Origin: Eledone cirrhosa
Taxonomy: Eukaryota
Assembly (NCBI GenBank): GCA_964016885.1
Contig: OZ024741.1
Location: 274,598,001 to 274,662,000 of the forward strand
Direction of reading: 5' to 3'
DNA: 64,000 bases
The position numbers and the translations under genes were made by a program. Below the pieces are notes generated by a model. It saw nothing but the letters and a program-made list of their open reading frames with translations. It was not told the DNA's origin and ran no database searches. Shown in pieces: positions 56,231 to 64,000 of the stretch; the stretch's first letter is position 1; each line of letters starts with the position of its first letter.

Positions 56231-56657
56231 AACTGCGTGTTTGTGTGTAAAACAATGTGTGTGACTGAGTGTGTGTGTGTTCATGTGTATATGTGAAAAG
56301 TAATGTCTGTGTGTGTGTATGTGTATGTGTGTGCGCGCGTGTGTGTGTGTGTGTGACTGTGTGTGTGTGTCTGTGTGTGCGCAAGCGTGTGTGTGAATGT
56401 GTAACTGGCAGAGTAGTTAGAACTACGGATAGACTGCTTCGTTTTAATCGTTCCGGCCCTCTGAGTTCAAATCCCATCGAGGTCCACTTTGTATTTTATC
56501 CTTTCGGGATTGATGTACCAGTTCAATACTGGGGTTAATATTTCCTATATATCCCCCTTTCTCTCTCTCGTTCTCTCACTCGCTTTTTCTGGAAGTAATT
56601 GTCTTTGTTCAGACCTGTAGAGGAAGGGATAGGTTTCGATAGATTTAAATGTCCGAG

Positions 56658-56733
<76 letters not shown>

Positions 56734-57206
56734 TTCCATTTTGATAGGTAGCTTTACGGTATTCTCGGAAGAAGAAGAAGAAGAAGAAGAAGAAGAAGAA
56801 GAAGAAGAAGAAGAAGAAGAAGAAGAAGAAGAAGAAGAAGAAGGAGGGGGAGAAGAAGACGAAGACGAAGAAGAAGAAGTAGAAGAAGAAGAAGAAGAAG
56901 TTAGCTTTACGATGAATTGGTAGAACGTAGGACTATATCCGTTGGCATGTCTTCCGGCTGTCTGCGCACTGAGAAATGTGAAACAAAGTATCTTGCTCTA
57001 GGACACAATACACAATCCTGTCCGGGAATCGAACTCGCAAGATCACGTTTGTAAGCCCAACGCTCTAAGCGCTTAGCCCTGCACCCTCACTCCTTAACCA
57101 CATATATATGTATAAACATTACAAATTGTTTATAATTCTTTCATAATGAAAATATAAATACAAATTAATGGCTAGGAACCTTATAAATATAATACACGAA
57201 ACTATA

Positions 57207-57390
57207 TAATTGTTTCTACTTTGGCACAAGGCCAGCAATTATCCCAGTGTATTACTGGTACTTTATTTTATCGACCCCATAAGGATGAAAGGCAAAGTTA
57301 ACGTCGGCGGGATTTGAACTCAGATCATAAAGTGCCGTAACTCTATGCTTCAAAGCATGGCGTCCGACTCTCTACCGATACTGCCAATCC
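57207..57390 (-). mobile_element. Near full-length OR-like SINE
   Basis: Reverse complement of the 17701-17890 consensus; degenerate copy also at 56405-56535 (+). Confidence 0.88.
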
Positions 57391-57534
57391 AAAAACTTTA
57401 TAATGAACGAGAGAGAGAGAAAAAAACCACCCCAAAAAACATCAATTCAACACCAAGTGCGACAATCGGTCACACACCACAACGGACAACGGAAATTTGT
57501 GATGTAAGCCAACACGCTCGCAGCATTACCGTGG

Positions 57535-58775
57535 GTGATGGTGAGGCTAAAGTGCTGAAACAACCAAGCACCATCACGTACATCACTTGACACCTCCGTA
57601 AGGCCCAGTGATGGCGAGGCTAAGGTGCTGAAACAACCAAGCACCATCACAGGCATCTCCTGATATCTTGGAAAGGCCGGGTGATGGTGAGGCTAAAGTG
57701 CTGAAACAACCAAGCACCATCACGTACATCACTTGACACCTCTGTAAGGCCCAGTGATGGCGAGGCTAAGGCGCTGAAACAACCAAGCACCATCACGTAC
57801 ATCACTTTGCACCTCCGTAAGGCCCAGTGATGGCGAGGCTAAGGTGCTGAAACAACCAAGCACCATCACGTACATCACTTGGCACCTCCGTAAGGCCCAG
57901 TGATGGCGAGGCTAAGGCGCTGAAACAACCAAGCACCATCACGTACATCACTTGACACCTCCGTAAGGCCCAGTGATGGCGAGGCTAAGGCGCTGAAACA
58001 ACCAAGCACCATCACAGGCATCTCCTGATATCTTGGAAAGGCCGGGTTATGGTGAGGCTAAGGCGCTGAAACAACCAAGCACCATCACAGGCATCTTCTG
58101 ATATCTTGGAAAGGCCGGGTGATGGTGAGGCTAAAGCGCTGAAACAACCAAGCACCATCACGTACATCACTTGACACCTCCGTAAGGCCGGGTTATGGTG
58201 AGGCTAAGGTGCTGAAACAACCAAGCACCATCACAGGCATCTTCTGATATCTTGGAAAGGCCGGGTGATGGTGAGGCTAAAGCGCTGAAACAACCAAGCA
58301 CCATCACGTACATCACTTGACACCTCCGTAAGGCCGGGTTATGGTGAGGCTAAGGTGCTGAAACAACCAAGCACTATCACAGGCATCTTCTGATATCTTG
58401 GAAAGGCCGGGTGATGGTGAGGCTAAAGCGCTGAAACAACCAAGCACCATCACGTACATCACTTGACACCTCCGTAAGGCCGGGTTATGGTGAGGCTAAG
58501 GTGCTGAAACAACCAAGCACCATCACAGGCATCTTCTGATATCTTGGAAAGGCCGGGTGATGGTGAGGCTAAAGCGCTGAAACAACCAAGCACCATCACG
58601 TACATCACTTGACACCTCCGTAAGGCCGGGTTATGGTGAGGCTAAGGTGCTGAAACAACCAAGCACCATCACAGGCATCTTCTGATATCTTGGAAAGGCC
58701 GGGTGATGGTGAGGCTAAGGCGCTGAAACAACCATCCACACTCACAGGCATCACTTGATACCTCAGTCAGGTGTG
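57535..58775. repeat. 73-bp minisatellite, 17 units, two variant types
   Basis: Exact 73-bp period from 57535 to 58703; 43-bp conserved part GTGATGGTG..CACCATCAC plus a 30-bp A or B variant. Confidence 0.95.
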
Positions 58776-59493
58776 CCGTCAACGATAACAAGAACATTGC
58801 TGTCAGAGTTTCAACTCCTCCTCCAACTCTCTCGAATGTCACAGGCTGGAAAAAAATAGTTATTTGATAATTGCTGGTGTTTTACGATTTTATTCCGTTC
58901 AATTACGGAAGCAGTGACCCTCACATTTACCGCGGCATCCAGAATGTGGGGGGGGGGGGGGGAGCAAAAGAGTCACTGACTGTGGTGTCCCAGATGAGAC
59001 ATCTGCCACTTACCCAGGAACAAAGGGTTATACTATCTGGTTTCTTCCCATCAATTCTAGATAATCTAGACGGCTTCTGAACTGAAGGGATATTTACTCG
59101 AGCTAAGGCCAGGCCCGTTTAATGATCTGGTTTAACCCGGTGTGGTGGGCGAAGTGATAGACATTCAGGCCGCAGGACAAATCATGGGGGTCTGTGGAGT
59201 TGAGTTGGCTAATCACTTGTGAGTGACATTTGTTTATGTCCTTTGACTTAGCAGTTCGACATACCAGGTATCGATAAAGTAAATATACTAAATCAAGGTG
59301 GTGCCCCAGCATGGACTTAGCCCAATGACTGAAACAAGTAAAAGTATAAAAAAATAAAATGATACAGACACACAAACATAAACAAACACACAAATGGCTG
59401 CCGATCTTAATTGAAACACTCACGCAGAGAAACACGCACACACACACACACACATATATATACATATAAACATTTACACGAACATATACATAT

Positions 59494-59585
<92 letters not shown>

Positions 59586-59717
59586 TCATATATATATAGA
59601 TGTATACATATGTATACATATATGCACATACACACACACATATATATATGTGTATATATATATAAACAGACCCACGCGCACAAACATGTTATTTATATAC
59701 ACAGATGTATGCACACT

Positions 59718-59792
<75 letters not shown>

Positions 59793-59849
59793 CGAGGAGT
59801 GAGAGTTTGAAAGACAGAGGGGGGCGGGACGAAAGGGATAGAAAGAGAG

Positions 59850-59884
<35 letters not shown>

Positions 59885-60306
59885 ATTTTCAGAAAGACAT
59901 GTGTATCGGTGTGTTTGTGCGTTGTATGATGAGAAAAATAGCGTCTCACTGCTTATTAACGAGATTTACGTACGAGAAACACGTCCAGAGTATAATAGCA
60001 GGCGATAACGAGGCTATAAAACATTGTTACGGCCTAAGATGGCGGCATAACTTAGCGTTAAAAAATTTATTGAGGCACAAGAAACTGTCTTAATTGTAAG
60101 GGTAGACGATGTTTGGAGGAGGGGGGAATTATAGGGATATAGAACTAGTTGTGTATCTCACTGTGTTTCTCTGTTTCTGCGTGTGTGTGTGTGTGTGTGT
60201 GTGCGTGTGTGTGTGTGCGTGTATGTGTGTGTGCGTGTGTACAAGGAGAAAGGGCTGCAGACATGGAAATGCAAACATATACGCGCACACGTACATACAC
60301 ACACAC

Positions 60307-60397
<91 letters not shown>

Positions 60398-60498
60398 CAT
60401 ACATACATATATTTATATACATATATATACATACATATATATATACATATACATATATATATGTATGTGTTGTGCGTGTGTGTGTGTGTTATATGCAT

Positions 60499-60558
<60 letters not shown>

Positions 60559-60593
60559 ATGCATATAACACACACACACACGCACATACAGAC

Positions 60594-60630
<37 letters not shown>

Positions 60631-61044
60631 TGCATATTGGTGAATGAGAGAATAAAAAAAATAATTGGATATAAACGAAGAGATACTTTAACAGTCTCTG
60701 TTGTAAGAATGTAAGATTTGCTATATTAACTACACTGCCGTGTGATGTGGGGGGTGAGGAGTCCAAGCATTATGGCTAAGATAAAAATATAAACCTATTT
60801 TTACTCCCTATCTCTGCTCCCTCTCTATGAGTTCTCTCTCTCTTTGCTCCGTCTTTTATCCCTCTCTCTCTCTCATTCTCGCTCTCGTGAAATACACACC
60901 GGGGTCTCGCGGGTTTTATAAAAACCTTCTTGTTAACACTGATCGACGTGAGATGCTTTAATGTCCTTTCAAACCGATATCCAGCACATGTGTCCCTCAG
61001 GGTGCTTCGCAACACATGTTTGATAATAAAAAATATCTGTTATA

Positions 61045-61133
<89 letters not shown>

Positions 61134-61250
61134 AGTATATATTTATATAAGTGTGTGTGTTAGGGGCATGTATGAAAACATGTACTATGTGTTTATATAC
61201 AATAAATATATATACATATCTATATATATACATATATATATATATACATA

Positions 61251-61315
<65 letters not shown>

Positions 61316-61358
61316 CATATATATATATATTTATTTATATATACATATATATATATAC

Positions 61359-61421
<63 letters not shown>

Positions 61422-61981
61422 AAGAGAGAGAGAGAGAAATAGATAGATATATTTCTTTATTTACCATAAAGGCATAAAAAGAAGGGACAAACACAAAGGG
61501 GGAGTTTACATACAATCGAGTAAAAGAGAGAGAAATAGATAGATAGATAGATAGATAAATAAATAGAAAAGTAAGAAGGTAGTAGATAGATATCTCTCTA
61601 TATGTATGTATGGGTGTACAAAACGATATATGTATATGTATGTACATATATATTCATGTGTATATGTGTATGTGTATATACATATGCGCGCGCGCGCCGT
61701 GTGTGTGTGTGTGTGTGTATGTTTGTGTGCTAGCGTGTACATACATAAATGGCCTGTCTATAGGACAGCTCTCCAAACACTGGAAGTTTATTATGAAGAA
61801 CTTCCTGCTGCTGACTCACATGTTATTGAATTCTATCATTGAAACAACGTCGAAAATATTCAGGAGAGAACACATCGTTGACTTAATCGACTCGAGTATA
61901 TAACTGCTATTTAGTTTTGTCGACCGTTGAAGGATAAAAAGAAAAGAAATCGCTCTCAGCTTGAAGAGACATTATTTGGAA

Positions 61982-62174
61982 GGGCGGTGGATTGGCAGTA
62001 TCGGTAGAGGGTCGGACGCCATGCTTTGACGCATTGAGTTACGGCCCTTGCCATTCTGAGTTCAAATCCCGCCAAGGTTAACTTTGCCTTTCATCCTTAC
62101 GAGGTCGATAAAATAAAGAACCAGTAATGTACTGGGTAATTGCTGGCCTTGTGCCAAAAAGTAGAAACAATTAT
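61982..62174 (+). mobile_element. Full-length OR-like SINE between ~110-bp diverged direct repeats
   Basis: ATTATTTGG direct repeat (61971-61979, 62170-62178); flanking duplicates 61864-61973 and 62179-62288. Confidence 0.88.
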
Positions 62175-62464
62175 TTGGGAGAGAACACATCATTGACTTA
62201 ATCGAATCGAGTACATAACTAGTATTTGGTTTTGTCGACCATTGAAGAATAAAAAGATAAACATTTCCCCTAGCTTAAAGAGACATTCCATCGTAGGCTA
62301 ACAAAGTATTTGCAAGTAAGGTCTGTAAAACACAGAGATCATTTACATCACAGCCAGAAGATCTGTGGTATTTAGATGTCTGAGATAAAGACCGACCTCA
62401 GGGAGAGATTTTTATAAACGGAGTACTGAGTTAAAGAACATCATCGTAACACTGCCGTTAATTA

Positions 62465-62990
62465 CTTTCTTCTTCTTCTTCTTCTTCTTCTTCTTCTTCT
62501 TCTTCTTCTTCTTCTTCTTCTTCTTCTTCTTCTTCTTCTTCTTCTTCTTCTTCTTCTTCTTCTACCCCCTCCTCCTCTTCCTCCTTCTCCTCATAGGCTC
62601 GTAGAGGCAGAGTCTTCAAGCAGGCTTTATCAAAAGCAACCGTCTCCAACTGATCCGGCTGGATCACCAACCGAGACCAGCCAAGCTCGTAGATGTTATC
62701 CAACCATCTTGTTTGTGGTATACCTCCCTGTCTCCTGTCGGTTGACTTTACCTGTAAAATCTGTCCAGCGTTTCTTTCTTTAGACATTCTAGTCAAACGT
62801 CTGAGCCATGCAACATATCAAGTAACGTTTCTCAAAAGACCCTTCGGAGGAGCCTGATTTCGGCTACTTGTATACACAATCGTATTCTTTTGGCATTTAC
62901 CCATCATTCATAGCCATATGTAAAGGTAAAAACGAACACCTAATTGAAGATAACGAGTTTTGTTTTTACACCTAACTCCATTCTTCTTCT
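62465..62990 (-). mobile_element. RTE-clade LINE 3' fragment with (GAA)n tail
   Basis: KTKLVIFN..TYGYE.W..AEIRLLRR..PQTRWLDNIYELGW..PDQLETVA. Confidence 0.8.
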
Positions 62991-63309
62991 AAATGTTAAT
63001 CTTGGAACTAACAAAATCAAAGCAAGATGGCGAGAGCCTGCAAACACTGCCCGTTCCAAGTAAGAATATTAACAGAATATTCAATGTCCATTGACTTTTA
63101 TTAATACCACCCACACCACACCCCTCGTCTCCATGGGTAGGTGTTTTATCCCCAAGGGTTGACCGTTCTCAATAGTTAGTCTTGGTGGTGTTGCCATGTT
63201 AGCTGCCCATAACCTAAGCATATTGTACAGGGTTACATATTACCAGTAACGCCCAAGAGAAACGTATATAAGTGTATAGATATGTTTATACACACACACA
63301 CACATATAC

Positions 63310-63405
<96 letters not shown>

Positions 63406-63475
63406 ATATATATGTATATATATAGATATAGATAGGTAAATATACACGGGTGTGTATGATTGTGTATAGAAGATT

Positions 63476-63866
63476 ATATTAATAAGAGGAATTCCAACTT
63501 TGTCTGATTTACTCGTTTTATTTACAATCCTTTAAAATATATATAATGGTATTATAATGAAATAGTATGATAGAATATTAAATTCTAAGTGTTAATTGAA
63601 CAAGTACTTTCATGCTTTCGCAATCTTCAGGTTCATGATATGTGGTGACAGTCGAGTTTGCAATTTTCAACTGTTGAAAATTGCAAACTCGACTGTCACT
63701 ACATATCATGAACCTGAAGGTTGCGAAAGCATGAAAGTACCTGTTCAATTAACACTTAGAATTTAATATTCTATCATACTATTTCATTATTACCATTATA
63801 TATATTTTAAAGGATTGTAAATAAAACGAGTAAATCAGAGAAAGTTGGAATTCCTCTTATTAATAT
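63476..63866. mobile_element. Family F1 palindrome (HHR intact at 63597-63635 minus, mutated at 63709-63747 plus)
   Basis: ~195-bp arms centred on 63672; homologous to 943-1253. Confidence 0.88.
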
Positions 63867-63927
63867 GTATATATATAGATAGATATATAGATATAGATAT
63901 ATATAGGTATATAGGTATATATATATA

Positions 63928-64000
63928 TAATTGTTTCTACTTTTGGTACAAGGCCACCAATTACTCAGTACATTACTGGTACTTTATTTTATCGACCCCG
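63928..64000 (-). mobile_element. OR-like SINE 3' part, runs off the window
   Basis: Reverse SINE tail and core. Confidence 0.8.

Noticed and set aside
57535-58775. CRISPR array (palindromic repeat plus ~30-nt spacers)
   Set aside because: Only two spacer types, homologous to each other and reused; no cas genes; eukaryotic context

Overview
Eukaryotic, AT-rich, extremely microsatellite-rich non-coding DNA. The SINE families look like those of octopus/cephalopod genomes (inferred from sequence resemblance, not a database search). No host protein-coding gene can be supported, and almost all listed ORFs are translations of (TA)n, (CA)n, (GGT)n or (CAT)n tracts. Recognisable coding remnants are all retrotransposon-derived: one 5'-truncated RTE-clade RT pseudogene (9919-11505), several RTE 3' fragments and a CRE-like endonuclease fragment. 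There are also many tRNA-derived SINEs and two Helitron-like elements. The main signal is about 30 type-I hammerhead-ribozyme (HHR) motifs from more than a dozen distinct short non-coding element families, nearly all sitting in (TA)n tracts. Most of these elements form asymmetric fold-back palindromes (inverted 5'-truncated arm + sense arm + 3' tail), the architecture of Penelope-like element pLTRs and retrozyme-like elements. Three families carry a compensatory U3-A8 core, and helix III is a different palindrome in most families. One element is a 1.2-mer of a ~484-bp unit, one is a 790-bp composite palindrome with four HHR copies, and one ends in a tRNA-like cloverleaf. All folds were read by eye and need computational and biochemical confirmation.
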